Source: an uncultured Coriobacteriales bacterium (GTDB lineage Bacteria; Actinomycetota; Coriobacteriia; Anaerosomatales; CAVXGS01). Taken from it: a DNA stretch of 64,000 bases. Location: assembly GCA_963761535.1 (NCBI GenBank), contig CAVXGS010000002.1, positions 702,413 through 766,412 on the forward strand. The letters run 5' to 3'. Made by a program: the position numbers and the translations under genes. The notes under the pieces were generated by a model. The model had not been told where the DNA came from, did not search any database, and saw only the letters and a program-made list of their open reading frames with translations. Below, in pieces: positions 42,167 through 51,830 of this stretch (position 1 is its first letter; each line of letters opens with the position of its first letter).

Positions 42167-43741
42167 ATGTCGACGGCGACGCTGGTCTCCCGGATCACCG
42201 GGTTCGCTCGAATCTGGGCCATGGCCTTCGCGATCGGCGCGACGGGCCTCACCTCGGCGTACAACCTCGCCAACACGATCCCGAACATGGTGTTCGAGCT
42301 GCTCGCTGGCGGCATCATCGCGTCGCTGTTCATCCCGATGTACATGGAGGTGCGCGAGCAGCGCGGCGAGGAGAACTCGCAGGCCTTCGCAAGCCATCTG
42401 ATGACGCTTACCGTGCTGGTCCTGGGCGCCATCAGCCTGCTGGGCATGTTGGTCCCGCAGCTGTTCGTGTGGACGCAGACGTTCACGCCCTCGGCGCGGG
42501 AGTCGACCGCGGTCATCGCATCCGCGAACTTCTTCTTCGCCTTCTTCGCGATCCAGATCGTGGTGTACGGCGCCGGCTCGATCCTATCCGGCCTGTTGAA
42601 CGCGCACCGCGAGTACCTGTGGCCGGCACTGGGACCGGTGTTCAACAACCTCGTGGTGATCGGGGTGTTCCTGAGCTTCGCCTACGTCGCGCAGGGCGAC
42701 CCCAGCACGACGGCGCTCGCGTGGCTGGGCGTGGGCACGACCCTCGGCGTCGTGGCGATGTACGCCGTCCAGCTGCCTTCGCTGAAGAAGACCGGCGTGC
42801 GGTTCCGGTTCGCGCTCGACCTGTCGGACCCGGACCTCCGTCGCCTGCTCGTACTCGCGGTACCGACGGTCATCTACGTCGCCACGAACCTGCTGGCGTT
42901 CTCGTTCCGAAACGCCTACACCCTCTCGGTGTCAAAGGAAGGCATCGGCGTCCTCACGTACGCGTGGACGTTCGCCCAGCTGCCCTACGGCATCGTGGCG
43001 GTCTCGCTGGCGACCGCCGTGTTCACAGAGCTGGCACAGGCGGCGAGCACTCGCGACATGCCCGCGTTCAAGCGCCAGTTCGGCTCGGGGATCCGGGCCA
43101 CCGGCGTCCTGATGCTGCCGATGTCGGCGCTGCTGTTCGCCCTGGCCGTGCCCATCGTGTCGCTGCTGCGGGTGGGCCAGTTCACCTCTGGGGCCGTTGA
43201 GCCGGTCGCGCAGGCACTCCAGTGGTGGGCGGTAGGTCTCGTCTTCTTCGCGGCGATGATGTTCCTGCTGCGCACGTTCTACTCGCTCAAGGACACCCGG
43301 ACGCCCATGCTCCTGAACCTCGCGGTGACGGTGCTCCAGATCGGCCTCTACATCGTGCTCACCAGCGGACTCGGAAAGTGGCCCGGGCTCGGCATCAACG
43401 GCATCCCCATCGCCGAGACGATCACGTGGGGCGCGCGCACCCTGGGACTCGCAATCATCCTGCGAAGGAAGATCCACGGCTACGATGCCTCCGGCGTGCT
43501 GCGGGTCTACGGCCTCATGACCGTGGCCTCGATCGCCGGCGGTGCCGTCGCCTACCTGGTCGCCGGCCTCGTGGCTGGCGCGATCGGCGGCGTCGCTGGG
43601 ACCTTGCTTCAGATCGTGCTCGGCGGCTTGGTCGGCCTGGTCGTGGCGTTCGGGCTCGGCGCGCTCTTCCGCGTGCGCGAGGTCCGCACCGTCACCAACT
43701 CGCTCGCCCGCTTCGCGACCCGACTTGGCTCCAGGGGCTAG
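42167..43741 (+). CDS. murJ: Lipid II flippase MurJ (MviN)
   Basis: 525 aa, 14 TM, canonical MurJ N-terminus LVSRITGFARIWAMAFAIGATG...NLANTIPNMVFELLAGG. The 167 codons upstream in ORF 41666.. are Arg/Ser-rich and overlap the divergent gene. Confidence 0.8.
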   Translation: MSTATLVSRITGFARIWAMAFAIGATGLTSAYNLANTIPNMVFELLAGGIIASLFIPMYMEVREQRGEENSQAFASHLMTLTVLVLGAISLLGMLVPQLFVWTQTFTPSARESTAVIASANFFFAFFAIQIVVYGAGSILSGLLNAHREYLWPALGPVFNNLVVIGVFLSFAYVAQGDPSTTALAWLGVGTTLGVVAMYAVQLPSLKKTGVRFRFALDLSDPDLRRLLVLAVPTVIYVATNLLAFSFRNAYTLSVSKEGIGVLTYAWTFAQLPYGIVAVSLATAVFTELAQAASTRDMPAFKRQFGSGIRATGVLMLPMSALLFALAVPIVSLLRVGQFTSGAVEPVAQALQWWAVGLVFFAAMMFLLRTFYSLKDTRTPMLLNLAVTVLQIGLYIVLTSGLGKWPGLGINGIPIAETITWGARTLGLAIILRRKIHGYDASGVLRVYGLMTVASIAGGAVAYLVAGLVAGAIGGVAGTLLQIVLGGLVGLVVAFGLGALFRVREVRTVTNSLARFATRLGSRG

Positions 43742-43747
43742 CCCGAG

Positions 43748-44456
43748 ATGCCGAAGGTCGCCTGCCTGATCGCCGCGCATGACGAGGCCGAGCGGATCGC
43801 CGAGACGCTCGCGGCGGTCCTCGCCCTTGCCGAGGTGACCCGCGTCGTCGTGGTCGACGACGGTTCCGAGGACGACACCGCCGACATCGCCGATGCGGCC
43901 GGCGCGAAGGTCGTGCGCCTCGCGTTCAATGTCGGGAAGGGCGCCGCGCTCGAGGCCGGCGCCGCCCGCGTCGCCGATGCCGATGTCGTTCTGCTGCTCG
44001 ACGCCGACCTCGGCTCCACCGCCGAGCAGGCGACCGCGCTGTTAGCGCCCGTCCTCGCCTCCGAGGCCGATCTCGCTATCGCGGCGTTTCCGGCACCCGT
44101 CAGCGCCGGCGGGGTTCGGCGCGGTGAAGCGACTCGCGCGCTGGGGCATACGGCGTTACGGAACGCCTGGGTCGGCGGGGTTCGAGCCGAGCGCGCCGCT
44201 CTCGGGTCAGCGCGCCTATACCGCTGCGGCGTTCGAGGCCGCACGGCCCTTCTCGGGAGGGTACGGGGTCGAGGTCGCGAGCACGATCCGCGTGCTGCGA
44301 GCGGGACTGCGAGTCGTCGAGGTTCCGACGACGATGGCCCACGCTGCGACCGGGCGCGACCTCGCCGGTTTCGTCCACCGTGGGCGCCAGTTCGTGCACG
44401 TCGCGCTCGCCCTCGCCCGCCTCGCCAGGGAACGTCGAGCCGCGACCCCTCGTTAG
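43748..44456 (+). CDS. Family-2 glycosyltransferase (polyprenyl-phosphate sugar transferase-like; frame interrupted near 44112)
   Basis: N-terminal GT-A fold with DDGS and D.D motifs in ORF 43748.., C-terminus (GFGAVKRLARWGIRRYGT...LSGQRAY...) in ORF 44124..44456. An extra G in ggcGGGGttcggc separates them. Confidence 0.65.
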
Positions 44457-44509
44457 CGCGTCAGGAGAGACCGTCACCGCGAGCCGAAGACCCGCTCGGC
44501 CGCGACGCG

Positions 44510-45364
44510 CTACTCCATCTGCGACGGCGGCGGGAACGAGGCGATCGTCCCCTGCCCTACCCCGTAGTAGCCGGGGTCCGCGCCGGTCAGCAGCATGACG
44601 AGGGTATATCGCCCTGCCTCGGTCCCCAGCGTGTCGAGGGCGGAGATCCCCGCAGCATCGGCTTCCTGGGCGAGGTTGCTCTTCGAGTCTTTCCTCTGCG
44701 CGCCGAGACTGGGTGTTCCGAGACGCTGGAACTCGACCGCAAGCGCAAGGGCACCGGGATCGGCCTTGCCGTCGAACGCCGCGAGATCGACCACTCCTGC
44801 GATCCGCTCTGCGGGGGCCTCGGCCGAGTCGAGGACGCCAGCCTCGTTCAGCGCTTTCGTGACCGGGCCGGCGACGCCGTCCGTCCACTCCTTCGCCAAG
44901 GCGGCGCTCGCCTGCTGTAGCGCATCTGCTGCGCTGCCCGGCTCGGTACCCGTGGCCTGAGCGACGGAGCTCGCGATCTGGGACTCGTCCAGACCCAGAC
45001 TCGGCTGGGTGAGCGCAACGGTCACGGCCTCGCCCCCGGCGTCCCGAATCGCCGCCTCGGTGGCCGAGAGACCCTCGACCTGGCCCGCGTTGGTCAGGAC
45101 GAGCACGGTTGCGCCGTCGAGGCGTCCGGCCACCGCGTCGTCGACGAGCGCCGTGGCCAGCTCGCGCTCCAGCTGCAGGTCGGCGTTCAGCGTCTGATTC
45201 TGGGTCTTGAGCTTCGTGTAGTCGGTCCGCAGGCTCGTGACGAGCGCCGCTCGCTGGCGAGTCAGCACGCCGGACTGGACGGTGATCCCACCCAGCAACA
45301 AGCCGAGCGAGAGCGCAAGGAACACCGCGACCAGCGAGGCGATGTGGTAGCGCAGGTTGTACAC
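44510..45364 (-). CDS. steB: SteB/MctB-family protein (DUF3186; cytokinesis-associated, annotated as copper transporter MctB in mycobacteria)
   Basis: N-terminus MYNLRYHIASLVAVFLALSLGLLLG is diagnostic for the family; 284 aa intact; lies immediately downstream of steA. Confidence 0.65.
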   Translation of the reverse strand: MYNLRYHIASLVAVFLALSLGLLLGGITVQSGVLTRQRAALVTSLRTDYTKLKTQNQTLNADLQLERELATALVDDAVAGRLDGATVLVLTNAGQVEGLSATEAAIRDAGGEAVTVALTQPSLGLDESQIASSVAQATGTEPGSAADALQQASAALAKEWTDGVAGPVTKALNEAGVLDSAEAPAERIAGVVDLAAFDGKADPGALALAVEFQRLGTPSLGAQRKDSKSNLAQEADAAGISALDTLGTEAGRYTLVMLLTGADPGYYGVGQGTIASFPPPSQME

Positions 45365-45392
45365 GCGTTCTCGGTCCCTTCTCGTGCGGGAG

Positions 45393-46514
45393 CTAGACGC
45401 CGAACCATGCCCGGAGTCGAAGCATCAGCAGTTCGAGAGCGTAGCGCGCGGTGGGCGAAATGACGAACAGCGCGGTCACGACCGCGAGTGCGGCCACGAC
45501 GAGCACGACGAGTTCCCTCGGTCCGGCCGCGGTGCGGTAGAGCTTGCTCACGCCTTTGGCGTCGACGAGCTTGGGACCGACCTTCAGCCGAACGAGGAAG
45601 GTGGAGGCCATCCCCGAGCGGCCCTTGTCGAGGAACTCGACAAGGTTCGCGTGCGTGCCCACCGCGACGATCAAGTCGGCACCGGATTCCCAGGCAAGCA
45701 GCAGGGCGAGGTCCTCGCTCGTTCCGGCGAGTGGCCAGACCTTCGACGACAGCCCCAGGCGCTCCACCCGCTCCAACCCCGGCGTTCGGCCGTCGGCATA
45801 CGCGTGCACGATGATGTCGGACGCGCTCTCGAGCGCCTCGTCGGACACGGAGTCCATGTCCCCCACCACGATGTCGGGCGTGAAGCCCTCTTCGATCAGT
45901 GCGTCCGCCCCGCCGTCCACCCCCACGAGCACGGGCCTGACGTCCCGGATGTAGGCCTTGAGCGCGGTGAGGTCCTGTCGGTAGTCGTAGCCTCGAACCA
46001 CCACGAGCACGTGCCGGCCTTCGATCGGCGTCTTCACCTCGGGTATCCACGCCTCGTCGATCAGCAGGTCACGCTCGCGGTCCAAGTACTCGATCGTGTT
46101 GCGCGCGAACTTGTCGAGCTGCTCGCCGAGACCGACCTTCGCGGCCTCCATTCGCTCCTCGATCGCCGAGACCGAGAGCCGCTCTCCGGACGCGATCACC
46201 TGTCCTCGGCAGAGAACGTTCCCGCCGTCCACCTCGATGAGGTCGCCCTCGCGGACGCGCTCGAAGATGTCCTCGCCCACGTCGTCGATGAGCGTGACTC
46301 CGCCGCGGGTGAGGATCAGAGGTCCGAGGTTGGGATAGGTGCCCGAGATCGAGGGGGAGGCATTCACCACGACCTCGACGCCGGTGCCGAGCAACCCCTC
46401 CGCGCTGACCCGATCCATGTCGGCGTGGTCGACGATGGCCACGTCGGACGCGTCGAGGCGCTTCACGAGGTCCTTGGTCCGCTTGTCGAGTTTGGCGACG
46501 CCCTGCTGTCGCAT
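45393..46514 (-). CDS. steA: Putative cytokinetic ring protein SteA (thiamine-pyrophosphokinase-like domain plus C-terminal TM)
   Basis: Start MRQQGVAKLDKRTKDLVKRL at 46514, 10 nt after the recN stop. The conserved recN-steA-steB arrangement of actinobacteria supports the call. Confidence 0.65.
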   Translation of the reverse strand: MRQQGVAKLDKRTKDLVKRLDASDVAIVDHADMDRVSAEGLLGTGVEVVVNASPSISGTYPNLGPLILTRGGVTLIDDVGEDIFERVREGDLIEVDGGNVLCRGQVIASGERLSVSAIEERMEAAKVGLGEQLDKFARNTIEYLDRERDLLIDEAWIPEVKTPIEGRHVLVVVRGYDYRQDLTALKAYIRDVRPVLVGVDGGADALIEEGFTPDIVVGDMDSVSDEALESASDIIVHAYADGRTPGLERVERLGLSSKVWPLAGTSEDLALLLAWESGADLIVAVGTHANLVEFLDKGRSGMASTFLVRLKVGPKLVDAKGVSKLYRTAAGPRELVVLVVAALAVVTALFVISPTARYALELLMLRLRAWFGV

Positions 46515-46524
46515 GTGCCTGCGG

Positions 46525-48180
46525 TCACCCTGCCGTTGTGGACTGTGCGGCGGACGCCGCCGCGGTGCTCTGCTCGAGCAGTTCCCGCGCGTGAGCGAGC
46601 GCCGAGGCGCTCGTGTCACCCGACAGCATACGTGCGATCTCGGCGACGCGCTCCTCGGCATCTACACACCGGACGTTCGTGTGGGCGCCGTCCCCCGCGA
46701 GGGTCCTCGCGACAACAAGGTGCGTCTGCGCGAACGCGGCGACCTGCGCGAGATGGGTGATGACGATGACCTGATGCGTGTCGGCCAGGGAGCGAAGCCG
46801 GCGACCGACTGCGGTCGCGGCAGAACCACCGATACCCGCGTCGATCTCGTCGAAGACGAGGACGGGGACGTCGTCGGCAGCACCGAGCACGCTCTTGAGC
46901 GCGAGCATCACCCGGGATATCTCGCCCCCGGAAGCGATGCGGGCGAGCGGGCGAGCGGGCGTGGCAGGTGCCGGCCGGTACAGGAACTCGACGCTGTGCG
47001 AGCCGTTGGTGCTCCACCGCGCGAACTCAAGCGGTTTGATGGCCACCTCGAAGCCCGCGCCGGAGAGCGCGAGGTCCTGGGCCGCCTCGGTGAGGGCCTC
47101 GGCGAACCCCGGCGCGGCTGCCGAGCGGACCTCGGCGAGCGCCTGCGCAGCGGCCCGGTACGTCTGCTCGGCTTCTGACAGCGCCCTGTCCGCCTCGGCG
47201 AGGCCGTTCTCCCCCAGCTCGAGCGCTTCGAGAGACGCGACAGCGTCGTCGCGCGTCGCAAGCACGTCGGCGAGGGTGGGGCCGTACTTCTTCTTCAGTG
47301 CCGCAAGCTCGGATAGGCGCGACATCGCGACGTCGAGCGCCTGCGGGTCGTGCTCGATCGCGTCGCGGTAGCGGCGAAGATCCGAACCGATGTCGTCGAG
47401 TGACTCGGCGACCTCCGCGAGCGAGGCGGCCAGCGCATCGAGCGCAGGGTCGACGCCTGCAACCGACTCGAGGGCCATCAGAGCGCGAGCCAACGAATCT
47501 GCGGCACCGGCCTCATCACGCAGGGAACTCACGGCGTCCGCGGCGGCGGCGATCAAGCGCTCGCCATGCTGGAGCGCTGGGAGTCGCGCGGAGATCGCCT
47601 CGTCCTCGCCCGCGCACGGGTCTACCGCTGCGATCTCGTCGGCGACGTAGCGGAGGTAGCCCGAGCGTCGCTCGGCTTCGGCAAGTGCCTCGGCGAGCGC
47701 CGCCCGGTCCGCGACCGCCTGCTCGTAGGCGAGGCGCGCCACGGCGTACGCGGTCAGCGCGTCGGAAGCAGACGGGCCTATCCAGCGGTCGAGGTAGCCG
47801 ACGTGCGTGGCCGGCCGTATCAGCGACTGGTGATCGTGCTGGCCGTGGAGGTCGACCGCTGGGCCGATGCGCTCGGCCATCTCTCCCACCGTCGCCATCG
47901 AGCCGTCAATCGAGCAGCGGCTTCGACCGTCGGCAGTGACCCGACGCTTGGTGATGATCTCGTCGCCGTCGAGCCGGAAGCGGCCCTCGACGAGGGTCTC
48001 GGGAGCACCGTGCCTGACATCGCCCGAATCCGCGCGCTCGCCCAGCAACAGCTTGAGCGCACCCACGAGCGCGGTCTTGCCTGCTCCGGTCTCGCCCGTC
48101 AGCGCGGTCATCCCCGGCCCGGGCTCGAGCCAGACGTCCTCGATCAGTGCGAGGTCTTTGACGTGCAGTTCCTCGAGCAC
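46525..48180 (-). CDS. recN: DNA repair protein RecN
   Basis: GTG at 48180, 5 nt after the nadK stop. Walker A GETGAGKT, long coiled coil, C-terminal signature and Walker B. Confidence 0.9.
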   Translation of the reverse strand: MLEELHVKDLALIEDVWLEPGPGMTALTGETGAGKTALVGALKLLLGERADSGDVRHGAPETLVEGRFRLDGDEIITKRRVTADGRSRCSIDGSMATVGEMAERIGPAVDLHGQHDHQSLIRPATHVGYLDRWIGPSASDALTAYAVARLAYEQAVADRAALAEALAEAERRSGYLRYVADEIAAVDPCAGEDEAISARLPALQHGERLIAAAADAVSSLRDEAGAADSLARALMALESVAGVDPALDALAASLAEVAESLDDIGSDLRRYRDAIEHDPQALDVAMSRLSELAALKKKYGPTLADVLATRDDAVASLEALELGENGLAEADRALSEAEQTYRAAAQALAEVRSAAAPGFAEALTEAAQDLALSGAGFEVAIKPLEFARWSTNGSHSVEFLYRPAPATPARPLARIASGGEISRVMLALKSVLGAADDVPVLVFDEIDAGIGGSAATAVGRRLRSLADTHQVIVITHLAQVAAFAQTHLVVARTLAGDGAHTNVRCVDAEERVAEIARMLSGDTSASALAHARELLEQSTAAASAAQSTTAG

Positions 48181-48184
48181 GATC

Positions 48185-49039
48185 TCACGAGCCCCCGAAG
48201 AACTCTCGGGCCACGACCTGGTAGAAGTCTCGGCCGTCGGCCTTGAGCAGCAGGACGTCGTGCGGGCTGCGAGCCACCACAACACGAGTGATGCTGCGGC
48301 GGCACGGTGTCGAGTCGCCGTCGACCGTCAGGCACGCCTCGGCGCTGCGCTCGGGGTCGAGCCGGATCTCGATCACGTCGCTCGGCCCGGTCACGAGCGC
48401 TCTGGACGCCAGCGTGTGCGGCGCGAGCGGCACGACGAGCATGCCCCCGGCCTCTGGCGACACGATGGGCCCTCCTGCCGACAGCGCGTACGCGGTGGAC
48501 CCAGTGGGCGTGGCGACGACGATGCCATCGGCGCGGAACGACATGACCTCGGTGTCGTTGATGGCGACGGTCAGGTCGATGACCCGGTTCGATCCCCCGC
48601 CGCGTCCGACGCAGATCTCGTTGAGCGCGCGGTAGGAGCCTGCGGGCTTGCCGTTCATCTCGACCTCGGCCACCAGCGTCATGCGACGCTCCAGGGCGAC
48701 CTCGCCAGCGAGCGCGTCACCGACCGCGGACCGCAGCGACCCCGGCCCCGCTCCGGTCAGGAACCCCAGTCTCCCGAGGTTCACGCCGAGGATGGGCACC
48801 TCTCGCTCGCCGAGCACGTGGAAGGCCTTCAGGATCGTCCCGTCGCCGCCAAGCGCGACGACAAGGCCGGGCTGGCCCAGATCGGCGGGCGGGACGCCGA
48901 AATCGGCGAGACCGGTGGCGAGAGCATCGTCGTGAACGAGCACGGGCTCGAGGCCCTCGGATGCGAGCCACGACACCAGCTCTGTCGCCGCGGCAGCGGC
49001 TTCGGGCTTCACGACGTTGGGGACGAGCAGTACCCGCAC
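48185..49039 (-). CDS. nadK: NAD kinase
   Basis: 284 aa with GGDGT motif and NE..DG. motif, intact. Confidence 0.9.
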   Translation of the reverse strand: MRVLLVPNVVKPEAAAAATELVSWLASEGLEPVLVHDDALATGLADFGVPPADLGQPGLVVALGGDGTILKAFHVLGEREVPILGVNLGRLGFLTGAGPGSLRSAVGDALAGEVALERRMTLVAEVEMNGKPAGSYRALNEICVGRGGGSNRVIDLTVAINDTEVMSFRADGIVVATPTGSTAYALSAGGPIVSPEAGGMLVVPLAPHTLASRALVTGPSDVIEIRLDPERSAEACLTVDGDSTPCRRSITRVVVARSPHDVLLLKADGRDFYQVVAREFFGGS

Positions 49040-49040
49040 G

Positions 49041-49835
49041 CTACCCTCCCAGTTCGCGATGCGCCGCCGAGACCACCTCGGCGAGGTCGAAGTCGGCGCA
49101 GGGGCCAGACACAGCCGCGTACGCCCAGAACTCTAGGTTACCCTCAGGTCCCGCGATGGGCGAGTACGTCACGTCGCGCACGACCAGACCCCCGAGGTTC
49201 ATCGCCTGCACGGTCTCGCGCAGCACCTCGAGGTGAACTCGTGGATCCCTGACCACACCCTTCTTACCGACACGGCCTTTACCTGCTTCGAACTGGGGCT
49301 TAACCAGCACCACGAGCAGGCCGTTCTCGGCCATCAGCGCGCGAAGCGCTGGGAGCACCTTCGCCACCGAGATGAACGACAGGTCGGCGACCACGAGCTC
49401 GAATGGCGCGCCCAGCGCAGCCGGATCCGCGTGACGGATGTTGGTACGCTCGACGACGGTGACCCGCTCGTCGGTGCGGAGCGACCACGCGAGCTGCCCG
49501 TAGCCCACGTCGACTGCGACGACATGCGTGACGCCTCGCTGCAACAGGCAGTCGGTGAAGCCGCCCGTCGACGCGCCCACGTCTATCGCGCGAAGACCGG
49601 CGACGTCGAGACCGAACGCGTCGAGCGCTCCGGCGAGCTTGACGCCGCCGCGCGACACGTAGCGAGGCTTCTCGGCGACGTCGAAAACGTCGTCCTCGAC
49701 CACCGCGTGACCCGCCTTGGTGACGATCTCGCCGTTGACGCGGACCTCGCCCGCGAGCACGGCCGCGCGGGCCTGCTCGCGTGACGGGAACAGACCGCGC
49801 TCAGCGAGCGTGACGTCGAGCCTGGCTCGACTCAC
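49041..49835 (-). CDS. tlyA: TlyA-family rRNA 2'-O-methyltransferase
   Basis: S4 domain (SRARLDVTLAERGLFPSR...) plus FtsJ-like MTase (DVGASTGGFTD). Start placed at GTG 49835; the longer ORF to 49898 overlaps the dxs end. Confidence 0.8.
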   Translation of the reverse strand: MSRARLDVTLAERGLFPSREQARAAVLAGEVRVNGEIVTKAGHAVVEDDVFDVAEKPRYVSRGGVKLAGALDAFGLDVAGLRAIDVGASTGGFTDCLLQRGVTHVVAVDVGYGQLAWSLRTDERVTVVERTNIRHADPAALGAPFELVVADLSFISVAKVLPALRALMAENGLLVVLVKPQFEAGKGRVGKKGVVRDPRVHLEVLRETVQAMNLGGLVVRDVTYSPIAGPEGNLEFWAYAAVSGPCADFDLAEVVSAAHRELGG

Positions 49836-51753
49836 TGCCGAGTTCCTCCGCCGCGTCTTCGACGTCGATGGTGCGGATGCGTCCCACGACCGCGTCACGG
49901 ACGCCCTCGGGGGTGAGTCCTACTTCGTCGAGCAGGCGCGGCATCGCACCGTAGGTCACGAAGCAGTCGGGAACCGCGAGCATGAGCACGGGCGCCGAGA
50001 GCCCCAGATCCGACATCGACTCCATGACCCCCGCGCCGAAGCCGCCTCGAGCGGTGTTCTCCTCGACGGTCACCACGAGCGGATGGTTCGCGACCGCCCA
50101 GGACACCGCCTCGAGATCGAGCGGCTTGACCCATCGCATGTTCACGACACTCGCCGAGATACCCTCGGCCGCCAGCAGCTCGGCGGCCTTCTCGACCACG
50201 CCCACCATGCGGCCGACGGCGAGCAAGGCCACGTCGCTCCCCTGCCGGCGGATCTCGCCGCGACCCGCCTCCAGCACCACCGGCTCCTCCGGCAGCGCCA
50301 CGCCCACACCGGCGCCACGGGGGTAGCGGATCGCGACCGGACCGTCGGCGGCTAGCGCGGTGTGGAGCGCGTGGGTCAGCTCGGCCTCGTCGGCCGGTGC
50401 GAGGATCATCATGTTGGGGATGGAGCGCAGGTACGTCAGGTCGAACACCCCGTGGTGGGTGGGACCGTCCTCGCCCACCAGCCCGCCCCGGTCGAGGCAG
50501 AACACCACGTGAAGGTCCTGTAGCGCGATATCGGTGATGAGCTGGTCGTAGGCGCGCTGGAGGAAGGTCGAGTAGATCGCGACCACCGGTTTGCGCCCGC
50601 CGATGGCGAGACCGGCCGAGAGGCCCACCGCGTGCTGCTCGGCGATCCCGACGTCGTAGAAGCGATCGGGATACATCTGGGCGAAGGTGTCGAGTCCCGT
50701 ACCCGAGGGCATCGCCGCGGTGATCGCGACGAGCGCGGGCTCCCGGGATGCCTCGGCGACGAGCGCTCGCGAGAACGCCTCGGTGTAGCTCATCGGCCCG
50801 TTGCCGCTGCGCGGCGTGCCCGTCTCGATCGCGAAGGGCCCGATGCCGTGGAACGCGTCGGGCTTCTCTTCCGCGGGCGCGTAGCCCGCGCCCTTCTGGG
50901 TCACCGCGTGGATGATCACCGGACCGTCGACGCGCTTGGCCCGGTTGACGGCGTCGCGCACCTGCTTCACGTCGTGGCCGTCGATCGGCCCGACGTACTT
51001 GATGCCGAGCTCCTCGAAGAGCATGCCGGGCACCAGCAGCTGTTTAACCGACTCCTTGACCGCCTCGCCCGCTTCCACCATCACGCGTCCGAGGCCGGTT
51101 GCCGCGAGTGCCGACTCGACGCCATCGCGAAGGCGGGTGTAGCGAGGATCGAGGCGGACGCGAGCAAGATAGCTCGACATCGCCCCGACGTTCTGAGCGA
51201 TCGACATCTCGTTGTCGTTCAGCACGATCAGCATCTTCGGACCCAGATGCCCGATGTGGTTGAGCGCCTCGAACGCCATGCCGCCCGTGAGCGAGCCGTC
51301 GCCGATCACCGTGCATATCTGCTCGCTGCTGCCTCGTGCGTCGCGCGCGAGCGCGAGTCCCAGGGCGATGGAGAGCGAATCGGAGGCATGTCCCGCGTCG
51401 TACACGTCGTAGGGCGACTCGTTGCGCTTCGTGAAGCCGCACATACCGCCGTACTGGCGCAGCGAGCCGAACTTGTCCCGTCGTCCAGTCACCAGCTTGT
51501 GAACGTAGCTTTGATGGCCGACGTCCCAGAGCACCTTGTCGGGGGGGCAATCGAGTGCCAGGTGGATGCCCAGGGTCAGCTCGACGACTCCGAGGTTCGG
51601 AGCGAGATGACCGCCGTTCTTGGCCACCGTGGCAACCAGGTCCTCGCGGATCTCGGCGGCGAGCCGAGTCATCTCGGCGTCGCTGAGCCGGCGGAGGTCG
51701 GCAGGCGTGGTGATGCCATCGAGAACGCGTTCGGGCACGTGGTTCAGCTCCAC
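49801..51753 (-). CDS. dxs: 1-deoxy-D-xylulose-5-phosphate synthase
   Basis: 650 aa intact with TPP motif GDG.LTGGMAFEALNH and transketolase C-domain. Confidence 0.9.
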   Translation of the reverse strand: MELNHVPERVLDGITTPADLRRLSDAEMTRLAAEIREDLVATVAKNGGHLAPNLGVVELTLGIHLALDCPPDKVLWDVGHQSYVHKLVTGRRDKFGSLRQYGGMCGFTKRNESPYDVYDAGHASDSLSIALGLALARDARGSSEQICTVIGDGSLTGGMAFEALNHIGHLGPKMLIVLNDNEMSIAQNVGAMSSYLARVRLDPRYTRLRDGVESALAATGLGRVMVEAGEAVKESVKQLLVPGMLFEELGIKYVGPIDGHDVKQVRDAVNRAKRVDGPVIIHAVTQKGAGYAPAEEKPDAFHGIGPFAIETGTPRSGNGPMSYTEAFSRALVAEASREPALVAITAAMPSGTGLDTFAQMYPDRFYDVGIAEQHAVGLSAGLAIGGRKPVVAIYSTFLQRAYDQLITDIALQDLHVVFCLDRGGLVGEDGPTHHGVFDLTYLRSIPNMMILAPADEAELTHALHTALAADGPVAIRYPRGAGVGVALPEEPVVLEAGRGEIRRQGSDVALLAVGRMVGVVEKAAELLAAEGISASVVNMRWVKPLDLEAVSWAVANHPLVVTVEENTARGGFGAGVMESMSDLGLSAPVLMLAVPDCFVTYGAMPRLLDEVGLTPEGVRDAVVGRIRTIDVEDAAEELGSESSQARRHAR

Positions 51754-51830
51754 ACGGTGGTCGGCAGTCCGGTCGGTGACGTCACGTGCAACACGGGATG
51801 ATGGTACCGCTTCGCGCGGATCGTCGCGTG

